Source: an uncultured Candidatus Peribacteria bacterium (GTDB lineage Bacteria; Patescibacteriota; Gracilibacteria; CAIRYL01; GCA-016699755). From it: a DNA stretch of 64,000 nt. Position 1 is the first letter of the stretch. Each line of letters begins with the position of its first letter. The stretch lies in assembly GCA_964558715.1 (NCBI GenBank), contig CAZLFD010000004.1:1257-65256 (forward strand), read 5' to 3'. Positions 45,870-55,494 of this stretch are shown piece by piece. A program made the position numbers and the translations under genes. Below the pieces are notes generated by a model. It ran no database searches and had not been told where the DNA came from. It worked only from the letters and a program-made list of their open reading frames with translations.

Positions 45870-47394
45870 TTGGATCTGTCACTGGTTTATCATCTGGCAA
45901 AGCAGAGTCTGAAGCAGACATATTTTCGACTGGTTCGAGAATAACTGATTTTGTTTCGAGCTTGATCTCGATACCATCAAAGAAAGTAGTATGTACTGCG
46001 CTGATCAGCTCTGCCATACGCTTATTTTCTGCGACTTGCGTCCGTAAGACCTCGGCAGGAAAAGTAAGAATAAGCTTTCCCTCTTTTGTGCCTGATTGCA
46101 CTTGCTGCAAAGCAATCCGCAACACCGGATCTTTCAACTGCTCTAAAACTTTTGGCCAATACACAGGTAAACTTTCACTTGTCAGATCAGTTCCTGCTGT
46201 CGAAGCCGAAGGAATAACTTCTTCTTCTTGGATTTCTGGTTCGACCTGCACAGCTTTCGTTTCTGTCGATGGCGTCTGGGTATTTGCCGGAGCAAGCTTC
46301 TCTGCTTTGGTTTCCTTTTTCCCAAAAATGTTCCAGCTCTCATCTTTTTTTCCTGAAGCTGCCACTGTTTCGCTGTTTAACAAAGTAGCTTTCACAATCG
46401 CAATCTCGAGTGGAAGCGTGGGAATAGGTGCGTCACGCAGGGTGCGGCGAGCCGTTTCGAACAAATCGATATGATGCAAAATGGTTCCCAGCATAGCGTG
46501 TTTCTCGCTCTCGAGCGAAGCCTCAAGCATCAACTCGCGAAGATGGCCTAGCAGTTGTTCAACGAAGTCGCCGAGAAAGATTCCCTCCATTGACAGATTT
46601 CCAACAAAACGAATAGCGGCTTCGGCATCTTTTTTTTGAATATACTCGTAGAACGTATCTAAATCACCCAGAGAAGCCATACCCAACTCTTGTTGGATCT
46701 GCTTGACGGTAACCTCGCCGCTAGCAGCGATCTGCTCGAAAAGCCCAATCGCATCACGTAGGCCGCCGAGCGATTTTTTGGCGATTAGCAATAAGGCATC
46801 GTGCTCGACGATCACGTCTTCTTTCTGAGCGATTTCATTTAAGCGCCCAGCAATCTGCTCTGGTGAAAGACGATGGAAAGTAAAAGTCTGGCAACGGCTG
46901 CGAATGGTTTCGGGTACTTTTTGCAGCTCGGTCGTCGCCAGTAAGAAAAAGGCATGCTCTGGCGGTTCTTCAATCGTTTTAAGGAGGGCATTAAACGCTT
47001 CTTTGGTGAGCATGTGCACCTCGTCGATGATGTACACTTTGCGCTTACCCAGGGTCGGCGCGAAGTAGATTTTTTCGATCAGCGCTCGAGCATGCTCGAT
47101 TTTACGATTACTGGCTCCGTCGATCTCGATCATATCGACAAAAGTCCCATTATCGGCGCCAAGACAAAATTCACAGGTGTTACATGGGTCTCCAGATTCA
47201 CGAGGATTTTGGCAGTTCAGGGCTTTTGCAAGAATACGGGCACTACTCGTTTTACCTGTACCGCGAGAACCAAAAAAGAGGTAGGCGTGTGCTACCTTGT
47301 CTGACTTGAGCGCTGCCTGCAGGGTTTGGCGGACAAACTCTTGCCCGACGAGTTCTTGAAGGGTTTTGGGTCGATACTTCTGATAGAGCGCCAT
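45829..47394 (-). CDS. dnaX: DNA polymerase III subunit gamma/tau
   Basis: 'MALYQKYRPKTLQELVGQEF', 'GSRGTGKTS', zinc module 'CQNPRESGDPCNTCEFC', 'YIIDEVHMLT', 'TIRSRCQ'. The ORF opens at 47451, but the Met at 47394 is the family-typical start. Confidence 0.9.
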   Translation of the reverse strand: MALYQKYRPKTLQELVGQEFVRQTLQAALKSDKVAHAYLFFGSRGTGKTSSARILAKALNCQNPRESGDPCNTCEFCLGADNGTFVDMIEIDGASNRKIEHARALIEKIYFAPTLGKRKVYIIDEVHMLTKEAFNALLKTIEEPPEHAFFLLATTELQKVPETIRSRCQTFTFHRLSPEQIAGRLNEIAQKEDVIVEHDALLLIAKKSLGGLRDAIGLFEQIAASGEVTVKQIQQELGMASLGDLDTFYEYIQKKDAEAAIRFVGNLSMEGIFLGDFVEQLLGHLRELMLEASLESEKHAMLGTILHHIDLFETARRTLRDAPIPTLPLEIAIVKATLLNSETVAASGKKDESWNIFGKKETKAEKLAPANTQTPSTETKAVQVEPEIQEEEVIPSASTAGTDLTSESLPVYWPKVLEQLKDPVLRIALQQVQSGTKEGKLILTFPAEVLRTQVAENKRMAELISAVHTTFFDGIEIKLETKSVILEPVENMSASDSALPDDKPVTDPNVISEIFGAKQNA

Positions 47395-47454
47395 CTCGCT
47401 AAGAAAATTGCTCAATGATTTTGGCACATCACTATTGCAATGTGAAGCCAAATC

Positions 47455-48369
47455 TTACTGTCTTGGCGGAACTTCATCCAGACGAAAGCGCTCGAGAAAA
47501 GGTTTGTCACGAATAATGAAAAACAAGAAGAGTAGCGCAAAAAGCGATATTCCCAAACTCATGATCACCGGTAAGCGGATGCCATATGCTATTGCCACCA
47601 CATCACCACGGAAAAAATCGAGAAAAGCGTTTGTAAGCCCAAGTACAAAGAGCATCACCATAAAAAATTTTCCTTCGCTCCAACGCCGCCAGATCTTACG
47701 CTCCCAAAAAACCCACCCGATCCAAAACACAACGGCAAGCAAAAGGGCAGAATACAGTTGCACCGAATAGATGGGAACCGAATAGCGGACTTCTTGCAGT
47801 TCATACTTCACTGAAAGCGGAAACGGTAACCATTCAGGGGCTGGCGAACCATAATTCCATCCGGCAAAAAACCCGCCCAATGCTGCAAAAAATGCCAGCA
47901 CGATTCCCGGGAGAATAAAGGCATCGAGCCACGAAAAAAACCTTTCTTTTCGCCAATACGCCAAAAGAAAAAAAGCGATAAAAAACCCGCCGACCGCCCA
48001 ATCAGCCTTGAGCGAACCATCACCAAATAGAAAAAATGAGCGAAAAATTTCGATGAGCGAACCAAAGATGTCAGAACTCGGCAAGCGTTGCTTAACTGTT
48101 GGCCACAACGAAAGAAAAGCGCCCAAGCGGCCAAACAGAAATGGAATCACAACAAAAAAGAAGAGGTGATCACTTAAAAATTTAAGCGAGATGTCTTCAT
48201 CACGAATAGTATGAATGAGGATTGCAGCGGCGGCGAGTACTCCGATACAGACAATGATTCCCCCCGTAGGAACAAGAAACGGGCCAAGGGGGATGATGGA
48301 AATATTCATAACTGCGATCGAATGAGATTTGCGAGAAATACTGTGCCAGAAATCGATAGCCTGTCGCAA
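47455..48369 (-). CDS. Lgt-like polytopic membrane protein (divergent; catalytic residues apparently not conserved)
   Basis: By-eye colinearity with E. coli Lgt ('FGRLGAFL' vs 'GGRIGYVL', 'VQLYSALL' vs 'SQLYELLL', 'FLDFFRGD' vs 'IVEFFRQPD'). However, the 'GRLGNFINGE' block reads 'AALGGFFAGW'. Confidence 0.4.
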   Translation of the reverse strand: MRQAIDFWHSISRKSHSIAVMNISIIPLGPFLVPTGGIIVCIGVLAAAAILIHTIRDEDISLKFLSDHLFFFVVIPFLFGRLGAFLSLWPTVKQRLPSSDIFGSLIEIFRSFFLFGDGSLKADWAVGGFFIAFFLLAYWRKERFFSWLDAFILPGIVLAFFAALGGFFAGWNYGSPAPEWLPFPLSVKYELQEVRYSVPIYSVQLYSALLLAVVFWIGWVFWERKIWRRWSEGKFFMVMLFVLGLTNAFLDFFRGDVVAIAYGIRLPVIMSLGISLFALLFLFFIIRDKPFLERFRLDEVPPRQ

Positions 48370-48425
48370 GCAGGAGCGGATTAAGATATTGCCTCAAATC
48401 AGACATTGTGGAACAATCACTTTTG

Positions 48426-49004
48426 ATGAAAAAAAGAATATTTCTGGTCGGCTTGGCACTCCTATTGTTTGGTGGATGCAGCGGTGATAATGAGAGTAAT
48501 GGGGCCGAGTCACCTACTCCATCTAATGCTTCTGCCGCTTTTCAGGTAGAGAAGTCTGGTTTGCGCCTAACAGTACCAATGACCTGGCGTGAAATTGCGG
48601 CGTCAGAGTTTCCGCCGGCAGTACTCAATCGCGACCCGGTTACTGTCTTTCGGCGTAGAGAAGCAGATAATGGAGTGTTTCCGAATATTGTGATCACAAC
48701 CCAGTCTATCGATTCGAATATATCTGCTCTTGAATTTTCTCGGTCAACCAGGGAAAATAGTTCCGCTACTTTGCTTGATTACGAAGAGCTTGCACTCAAT
48801 GAGAGAGAGCTCTCGGGACAACTGACTAATGTCATCGAGTTTACCGCTCGATCTGCCCCCGACCAGCGCCGGTTACGCTTTTGGCAGACATTCATCATCC
48901 GTCAGAATACCGGTTATGTCTTGACAGCAGCAGCCTCGACAGAATCCAGTGAAATCGTAGCATCAGAGATCAAAAGTATTATTGACAACATCGGCATCCA
49001 ATAA
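48426..49004 (+). CDS. Lipoprotein, unknown function
   Basis: 'MKKRIFLVGLALLLFGGCSG' lipobox. The ORF opens at a GTG at 48408. Confidence 0.6.
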   Translation: MKKRIFLVGLALLLFGGCSGDNESNGAESPTPSNASAAFQVEKSGLRLTVPMTWREIAASEFPPAVLNRDPVTVFRRREADNGVFPNIVITTQSIDSNISALEFSRSTRENSSATLLDYEELALNERELSGQLTNVIEFTARSAPDQRRLRFWQTFIIRQNTGYVLTAAASTESSEIVASEIKSIIDNIGIQ

Positions 49005-49009
49005 AGTTC

Positions 49010-49083
49010 GGCGACGTAGCCAAGTGGCAAGGCCGGGGCCTGCAAAGCCTTTATCGGCGGTTCGATTCCGCCCGTCGCCTCCA
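49010..49083 (+). tRNA. tRNA-Cys (anticodon GCA), CCA encoded
   Basis: Acceptor GGCGACG/CGTCGCC, anticodon loop CT-GCA-AA, T-arm GGCGG-TTCGATT-CCGCC. Confidence 0.9.
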
Positions 49084-49199
49084 ATTCAACTCACTAGATA
49101 AACAAATTCAAGACTATGACCTCCTACTTCTTATAAGGAGATGTGAATGGATTTGCATAGCATCCTCCCGATTCCGGTCAAGCCGGAATATGACCCCAC

Positions 49200-49285
49200 G
49201 CCGGGGTGGTGAAATGGTAGACACGAGGGACTTAAAATCCCTTGAGGGCAACCTCGTGCGGGTTCGATTCCCGCCCCCGGCACCA
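49200..49285 (+). tRNA. tRNA-Leu (anticodon UAA), long variable arm, CCA encoded
   Basis: Acceptor GCCGGGG/CCCCGGC, anticodon stem AGGGA/TCCCT with loop CT-TAA-AA, extra arm, T-arm GCGGG-TTCGATT-CCCGC. Confidence 0.9.
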
Positions 49286-49429
49286 CACTTCGCCTTGCCA
49301 TAAGCAAATCGAATGGCTAATGGGAAGCATACCCCCGTCTTCGATTTTGATGTCGCTGAGGATTAAGGATGGTGCGGCTAGTAGAAAGACTTTAGCAGAG
49401 AGTTTGCTAATTTTTACAATTTTAACTAT

Positions 49430-51232
49430 TTACGACGCTACTCCCAAAAGTGGCCAAAAACAATTGATCAAATAGGTAGTGATAAAAAGAAGAATCAAGT
49501 TCAGCGGTGCTCCGACCTTCATGAAATCAAAGAAACGGTAGTTGCCAGAGCCATACACCATCGTATTTGTCTGATACCCGACTGGTGTGAGAAAGCTCGT
49601 AGAAGCAGCAAACATGACGACCAGGATTAATGGAAGTGGATTCACATTCATGGCATCGGCGACCGATATCGCAATCGGTGCGAGCAGGACAACTGCGGCA
49701 TTATTCGAGATGACCTCAGTCAACACGGTAGTAACGACATATAATAGAATGAGGATAAAAATCGCTTTCTGCCCGTCGGAAACAACACCGATAGTAGTCG
49801 CAATCATATCGGCAGCACCAGATTTTTGCATAGCGATACCAAGCGGAATCACCCCTGCCAACAGGAAAATAATCTCCCAGTTGATGGCGTTGTACATTTC
49901 TTCCGTATTTAGACAGCGGGTGAGTATCATGGCCACCACACCGACCAATGCTGAGATAACGATTGGTATTCCCATCACTGCCGAGCAAAAAATAACTCCG
50001 GCGACGATCGTCAATGAAAGCCACATCTTTTCCGGATTAAACTCGTCTTCCAGGGTCTCAAGCAGTACGAAATCGCGTGATTCCCGTAAGCGCCGCAGGC
50101 TATTGACCGAAGCCTGCACCATCAATATCTGTCCGACGTTCAGTGGCATTGCCCCTAAGCGTTGCCCCTTGAGTTGCGGCACATTAAGGCCGACGACGCT
50201 GGCATTGAAGCGGCGCCAAAAATTGATCTCATCTAAACTGCGATCATGAAAAGCAGTAAACCCACGCAGCATCACTTTGATGATCTTGCCAGTTCCTGCC
50301 GGACGCTTGCGGGCTTCTTCGTCGAAATTCGGCAAGAGTTTTATGTGCTCTTGCTTAGTGAGTTCGATTATGCGCTGTTCGGTAGCACGCAAAACGAGAA
50401 TATCGCCTTCTTCGATGCTTTTCTCTTCGGCACTTTTAATGAATGAAGCATTGTCGCGGATCAGCTTCATCACCAGCACATCATATTTATCGGCAAATTT
50501 GGATTTCTCCAGTGTTTTGCCGATAAAATTACTCCCCTTTTCAATCACCACTTCTGTCAAAAATAAATCTTCGTGTTTCTCGCCTTTGCCATCACTTTTG
50601 CGCTCAGGCAGCAAAAAACGCCCGATAAAAACGAAGTACACCACGCCAACCAAAAGTACGATGGCGCCAACATGGGTAAACTCGAAAAGCCCGATCGCCT
50701 GGCCTTTTGAGGCATCACGTAAAATGGAACTGGCAAGGATATTGGTCGAGGTACCGATGAGGGTAAGCATGCCGCCAAGCATGCCAAAAAACGAGAGTGG
50801 AATAAGTAGCTTTGTCGCGGCGGTGCCGGAACGGCGAGCCAGGTCTAAAACCATCGGCAGCAGAATCGCCACCGCGGCGGTATTGTTCACGAAGCCAGAA
50901 ATCGGCGCTACGATCAAAGCGATAGCAAGCAGTTGTTTGATTTCGGAATTTCCCACAAAACCAAACATCTTTCGGCCCAGGCGGTTGATTACTCCTGTGC
51001 GCTGCACACCTGCCGAAAGGATAAACATCGCTAATACCGTTATCGTTGCTTCGTTCGAGAGGCCAGAAAGCCCTTCTGAAACAGTAGGAAAAGAATCAGG
51101 ATAGAGCAATCCTAATAACATCAACGTTATCAGGATGAGGAATGCGGTGATATCGACCGGCAATTTCTCGGTCACGAACAAAAACAGCGCGAAGAGAATC
51201 ACTGCAAATACGAGTAATATCTCTATAGCCAT
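49430..51232 (-). CDS. SLC13/DASS-family permease with central TrkA-C domains
   Basis: 600 aa. Polytopic N- and C-halves flank a soluble ~200-aa insert ('EVVIEKGSNFIGKTLEKSKF...DILVLRAT', repeated 'VMLRGFTAFHDRSLDEINF...ILMVQAS') typical of TrkA-C pairs in CitT/ArsB-superfamily transporters. Confidence 0.7.
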   Translation of the reverse strand: MAIEILLVFAVILFALFLFVTEKLPVDITAFLILITLMLLGLLYPDSFPTVSEGLSGLSNEATITVLAMFILSAGVQRTGVINRLGRKMFGFVGNSEIKQLLAIALIVAPISGFVNNTAAVAILLPMVLDLARRSGTAATKLLIPLSFFGMLGGMLTLIGTSTNILASSILRDASKGQAIGLFEFTHVGAIVLLVGVVYFVFIGRFLLPERKSDGKGEKHEDLFLTEVVIEKGSNFIGKTLEKSKFADKYDVLVMKLIRDNASFIKSAEEKSIEEGDILVLRATEQRIIELTKQEHIKLLPNFDEEARKRPAGTGKIIKVMLRGFTAFHDRSLDEINFWRRFNASVVGLNVPQLKGQRLGAMPLNVGQILMVQASVNSLRRLRESRDFVLLETLEDEFNPEKMWLSLTIVAGVIFCSAVMGIPIVISALVGVVAMILTRCLNTEEMYNAINWEIIFLLAGVIPLGIAMQKSGAADMIATTIGVVSDGQKAIFILILLYVVTTVLTEVISNNAAVVLLAPIAISVADAMNVNPLPLILVVMFAASTSFLTPVGYQTNTMVYGSGNYRFFDFMKVGAPLNLILLFITTYLINCFWPLLGVAS

Positions 51233-51311
51233 AGACGACCTTCAACAGAAAGTATGTGATGCGTCATGTACTTAAGACAATGGAAGATGTGAGGTTGAAT
51301 ACAAGTGATGG

Positions 51312-52217
51312 TTAGTCTTTCTTATGCCAAATGACAATGAGTGGAGCGGCGATAAAGAGTGATGAATACGTTCCGATGATAAGCCCTGCAGAGAGAGCAA
51401 TAAAGAAAGCAAAGAGTGAAGAAAAACCCATAAAATACGCCATCATGGCAAAGATAACGAGCAATGTTGAAATCGAGGTGTTCATCGAGCGGCGCATCGA
51501 CTGCCATGCCGCTACTTCGGTAAGCTTGGCCAGGTTTTTCTTGTTCTTTTCTCCTTTTAAGTTTTCGCGGATGCGGTCGAAGATGACAATCGTATCATTA
51601 ATAGAAAAGGCGAGCACGGTGAGTAAAGCGGTAATAAAGAGGGTGTCGACTTCTACCCCGTAAAAAACACCAAGCAAAGCAAAGATGCCCACGACAATAA
51701 TGGTATCGTGCGCTAAAGCGGCAATGGCGGCAAGCCCGAATTTCCAACTCGAAAGCCCTTCTGGCACATGGCGAAACGCCCAGGCCACGTAGAGGATGAT
51801 TGTAAGAATCGCTAGACTAACCGCAATGAAAGCACGCTTTTTAAAAACTTCTCCCACGGTCGGGCCGATGGTGTTGACCTGCTCTACCGTTAAGGAAGCA
51901 CCGTTTTGTGCAAACGCATCGGATAATGAATTTACCTCATCATCTGTAAGTAGGCGTGAACGTATGATGTATCCACCCCCATCGAAAGTGGCGGTAATAA
52001 CCTCCCCCATTTCGTCTCCTAATGCGCCCTGAAACAGCTCTTGTACTTGCTGTTGTGTAACAGCGCCATTACTGGAAGAGATTTCTAAACGGGTTCCTCC
52101 AGTAAAATCAATTCCGGCGTTGAGACCAAAAATACTGATGAATAGCAGTGAAAGAAACACGAGCCCCCCAGAGATGCTAAACCAGAGATTGCGATTAGGA
52201 ATGATATCGAACTTCAT
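51312..52217 (-). CDS. secF: Protein translocase subunit SecF
   Basis: 'GIDFTGGT', 'TIGPTVG', 'ALAHDTIIVVGIFAL', 'ITALLTVLAFSINDTIVIFDRIRE'. The Met at 52217 ('MKFDIIPNRNLWF') is preferred over 52247. Confidence 0.85.
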   Translation of the reverse strand: MKFDIIPNRNLWFSISGGLVFLSLLFISIFGLNAGIDFTGGTRLEISSSNGAVTQQQVQELFQGALGDEMGEVITATFDGGGYIIRSRLLTDDEVNSLSDAFAQNGASLTVEQVNTIGPTVGEVFKKRAFIAVSLAILTIILYVAWAFRHVPEGLSSWKFGLAAIAALAHDTIIVVGIFALLGVFYGVEVDTLFITALLTVLAFSINDTIVIFDRIRENLKGEKNKKNLAKLTEVAAWQSMRRSMNTSISTLLVIFAMMAYFMGFSSLFAFFIALSAGLIIGTYSSLFIAAPLIVIWHKKD

Positions 52218-52281
52218 GCAGCAGAAAAATTCCGCCACATTCTGCATTGATTTTTCCGATAATTCAAGTCGTATACGGTAT

Positions 52282-53532
52282 TTACTCCTGATCGGGGTTC
52301 ACAGCGCTTATGACTCCTTGAAAAATAACATCGTAATCACCCGCTCTACCGATGCCGACCACCTTACACGATGGTACAATCAATGCTTGTGGCACAGGAG
52401 ATGTTTCAAAGAGGTAGCCGCATTCAACGCTGCTTAATTCTGCCTGTTCGATAGAAATGATGTCTTGCTCATTTTGCTGGGCATAGAAGGAGCGTCGTTC
52501 AGAAACAGCGATGGCACCTGGGTGTAGTAACTCTATCTTGCCTTTCTGAAAATCACCGGCCTCTGTGAGTGCAATAATAGAGTCGCTGTCCTGCAGACGG
52601 ACGGTTTGTGCCTCACTGACATTCGGGAAGCGTGAATGGATCTCGACAATCGATGATTCATCATTAATGAGGATATCTACGACACCATCGGCTGCCGGTT
52701 CAAAGGTGTTGACTAAGAGTGGCGTTTCTAGTGAATACACCGGCAATGAAAGGTCGGGTTGAAAGCGAATCCATTGATTTCCGAAATCATCCATAATCTC
52801 TTCAGCGTTATATGCGAAGCCAAGTACACCTGCCTCTCTTAGCGTCTTTGCAACGGTCTCTACAGTTGAATCGGCTAAGCCGATATCGACGGCATGCGTC
52901 TCAAAAATCATATGAAATAAATTATAAGCGAGGGAGTAGTCGCCACCGACAATATCCATCAACACATACTCTTGTTCATTGACACGCACGAGATGACCAT
53001 TGATACCCAGGTTGGCAGCAAGATTGGTGATTAATGACTTAAGATCGCCTCCTGCGGGCCTTAAGATTTCATAGACTGGTGCCTCACCGGGCAGATCAAG
53101 TGGTGCTGTAACCTCATCATCGGTCCATTGTACTTCAAGGCGCATAATCGGCTCGGCGGGTGGTTGGTAGGAAGAAATTGCTGACTCGTTCAGCTCTTCT
53201 ACAATCTCGGGCGCCAGCAGCTCAGTCATCGAATCGCTTTTATCCGCAAAAAGTATGGCGTCAAGGCCGGCTTTCGTAGTTGTTCGAGCAATTGGACTTG
53301 GTTGCGTTGAAGTCTCTGGTTGATCTGGAGTATCATCTGTCATTTCGTCTTCGCCGGAATCTGCAGGTGAAGAAGGTGCTATTTTTGCGTCAGGCGATGT
53401 GTCACCGTCAGAAATGGCTGCCTCGGGCGGAGTATCCGATGTAGTGCCTTGCTGTTGGGTGTTGGCGACGATCACCAGAATGATCACAATACCAGCTACA
53501 AGCGCGAAGAGAAGCAGTGTTTTTTTGGTCAT
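52282..53532 (-). CDS. Membrane-anchored extracytoplasmic protein, unknown family (paralog of 14320-15516)
   Basis: N-terminal TM 'LLLFALVAGIVIILVIV', a Pro/Asp/Thr-rich linker, and the same conserved C-terminal blocks as the 398-aa paralog. Confidence 0.7.
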   Translation of the reverse strand: MTKKTLLLFALVAGIVIILVIVANTQQQGTTSDTPPEAAISDGDTSPDAKIAPSSPADSGEDEMTDDTPDQPETSTQPSPIARTTTKAGLDAILFADKSDSMTELLAPEIVEELNESAISSYQPPAEPIMRLEVQWTDDEVTAPLDLPGEAPVYEILRPAGGDLKSLITNLAANLGINGHLVRVNEQEYVLMDIVGGDYSLAYNLFHMIFETHAVDIGLADSTVETVAKTLREAGVLGFAYNAEEIMDDFGNQWIRFQPDLSLPVYSLETPLLVNTFEPAADGVVDILINDESSIVEIHSRFPNVSEAQTVRLQDSDSIIALTEAGDFQKGKIELLHPGAIAVSERRSFYAQQNEQDIISIEQAELSSVECGYLFETSPVPQALIVPSCKVVGIGRAGDYDVIFQGVISAVNPDQE

Positions 53533-53557
53533 GATTGAAATGAGAAGACTACTGTGG

Positions 53558-55435
53558 TCAGTCGATCAAGATGCCGGCTTCAAAGCCATCGGCACCACTT
53601 TTTGTCGCTTCTATCGATCCAAAATCAGTCGCGTCGCAGTCATTTTTATCAATCGCGAAGAAGAGCTGGAAGATATCCAATGGTATACCACCGTTTTTCC
53701 AGCGAAAGCGCTCAGCAATACTGGCAGGATCGGCGACTGAAAGTTTGTAGTAGCCCTCATCGTCGGTGATACTGCTAAACAGCTCAGCTACCAGTGCTCG
53801 TTCTTCCGTCGTATTGAGGCCGAACTTGGTGCTCACATCTCGTGCGTAGCCTTCAACATCAGACTTCGCAATGCAGGCTTCGCCCACATAAGCACCCGCG
53901 TAAGGTTTTAGGAATGCATATTGATAGTAAAAACTGCCATTAAAATGAGCTGGGATCGTCCACCCTTGTTGTCCCGAGTCGAACAGCTTACTGGCATAGG
54001 TGATCATGATATCTTTAAAGTCTGGTTCTAGGTTGACCTCCTCTTCCGAGTTCAACACCAAGCGCGGGTCATCGCCAATCACGAACTCGAAGTTCAATAC
54101 TCGTATGCGCCGGTTGCCAGGCGCAGTATCGGTGTCAGTCTGTGCTACACCGTTGCAAGTATAGTTGCCTCCACGATTTCCGCTTACGAGTTGGTCGCTA
54201 AATGAAGTGCCGTCGCAGAGAGACAGGCAGACATTGGGCTCTAAGTCGCCGGTCCAGAATGTGACCGTGTCGGCGAAATTCTGTGCCCAGTTTTCTTCAG
54301 TGCCCGCCGTTGGCAAAGCTGATAAGAGGGCCTGCGCCGCATTTCGGAAGAGATTATCGTTATTCATCAATACCCGTGCGATATCTTCTGCAGCTTCATT
54401 ACGATCAGGAGCATTGGTTAACATCTTTTTCAGGTTGAGTGCCATTTGCGATGCGCCCAGATTAGCGGCTCCAGAACCACTAGCAGCCGCTTGCAGTTCT
54501 GCAGCGCTGATGGTTGAAATTCCATCGATCGGCATGCTGACAGTATCATTGCGGAGACCTAAAAGCGTTTGCTTTAACACTTCAATGGTTACCGCATTCA
54601 TCGTGATGTCAGCCACCGATTGGCGATCGTTGATGAGTTCACTATTGAGATACACTGTATTTGTCCCTTCGATTCGAGCTAACTGTAAAGCTTGTGAACC
54701 AATAGCGTTGAAGGATTGTTCAATGATCGGAAAAGGGGCATTGGCCGGATCGATCAACACGGCCTCCAACAAGTTTGGCTCGCCATTAGTATTGTTACAG
54801 ATGGTATTGCACGATCCCGAAACACCCGCCCGTTGGCGTGACAGTTCTTCGATATCTTCAAAGGAGGATTGCTCGAGTTCAACCGAGACGGTCGTTGGTA
54901 GGATGTGCGTGCCGATATGATAGTTCTGATTTGTTCTTGCGTTTTCTAACTGGTCCCAACTGTTTTCAAGGCGAGAGAAGGCATCGAGCACAATATTTCT
55001 GCCGATATTCGGCCAAAGGAGGCGCGCGTGTAGCTCCATCGAAAAATAGCCGCTGCTGGGATCGGTTTCATCAAGTTGGAAGCAAACTCCATTATTCGGA
55101 CGATTACTTGCTCCGGGTTCTTGGCTGCGAGTATAAATGAAGACCTGCACTGGGGCACCCGGCTGTGCAGTACCTTCTATGGTAAATGTTTCTCCTTCGC
55201 GGATGGTGACGACATCGGTTCGCTGATTAAAAATAGCTCGTTGCCAAGCGGTATCATCATCACCGCGGATGATATAGGCATTGTCCCATAAGATATCATC
55301 CGGTACATTCGATACGAGATCAGGGGAACAGGATTTGATTTCAGGTGTACCCTGCGCCAAACCTGTGCTCATGCTGAATGCTCCACCTAGAACAAGGATG
55401 CCTGCACCAAAAAGGAGGTGAGTAAAAGATTTCAT
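53558..55435 (-). CDS. Secreted Cys-rich protein, unknown family (paralog of 15552-17366)
   Basis: Signal peptide 'MKSFTHLLFGAGILVLGGAFSMSTGLA'. Colinear with the 604-aa paralog, and the Cys positions are conserved. Confidence 0.75.
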   Translation of the reverse strand: MKSFTHLLFGAGILVLGGAFSMSTGLAQGTPEIKSCSPDLVSNVPDDILWDNAYIIRGDDDTAWQRAIFNQRTDVVTIREGETFTIEGTAQPGAPVQVFIYTRSQEPGASNRPNNGVCFQLDETDPSSGYFSMELHARLLWPNIGRNIVLDAFSRLENSWDQLENARTNQNYHIGTHILPTTVSVELEQSSFEDIEELSRQRAGVSGSCNTICNNTNGEPNLLEAVLIDPANAPFPIIEQSFNAIGSQALQLARIEGTNTVYLNSELINDRQSVADITMNAVTIEVLKQTLLGLRNDTVSMPIDGISTISAAELQAAASGSGAANLGASQMALNLKKMLTNAPDRNEAAEDIARVLMNNDNLFRNAAQALLSALPTAGTEENWAQNFADTVTFWTGDLEPNVCLSLCDGTSFSDQLVSGNRGGNYTCNGVAQTDTDTAPGNRRIRVLNFEFVIGDDPRLVLNSEEEVNLEPDFKDIMITYASKLFDSGQQGWTIPAHFNGSFYYQYAFLKPYAGAYVGEACIAKSDVEGYARDVSTKFGLNTTEERALVAELFSSITDDEGYYKLSVADPASIAERFRWKNGGIPLDIFQLFFAIDKNDCDATDFGSIEATKSGADGFEAGILID

Positions 55436-55494
55436 GTTTGTTTTTAAAAATGCACTAAATATTATACCTGAAAAATCCTGTCAAAAGCAAGTGG

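Noticed and set aside
49084-49199. 116-nt spacer between tRNA-Cys and tRNA-Leu examined for a third tRNA or small RNA
   Set aside because: It contains only short hairpins (ATTCCGG-tcaag-CCGGAAT; CTCCT...AGGAG). I could fold no cloverleaf, T-loop or anticodon arm.
49242-49475. 77-aa plus-strand ORF
   Set aside because: It starts inside tRNA-Leu and extends into the 3' end of the permease gene on the other strand.
49587-51104. 220-aa and 275-aa plus-strand ORFs inside the SLC13 permease gene
   Set aside because: Both are antisense to a continuous 600-aa transporter ORF. Their Ser/Thr/Ile-rich sequences are typical of the reverse frame of hydrophobic membrane genes.
52282-53532. 416-aa protein as a truncated or divergent SecD
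   Set aside because: It has only one predicted TM helix and none of the SecD/RND-type TM2-6 motifs. Its closest relative is the 398-aa paralog, which is not next to any sec gene. The positional oddity is kept only as a finding.
54165-54920. 251-aa plus-strand ORF inside the 625-aa secreted-protein gene; also 45758-46474 inside dnaX and 21526-22227 inside thrC
   Set aside because: The paralog-supported or motif-supported genes occupy the opposite strand. These ORFs have no motifs and biased composition.
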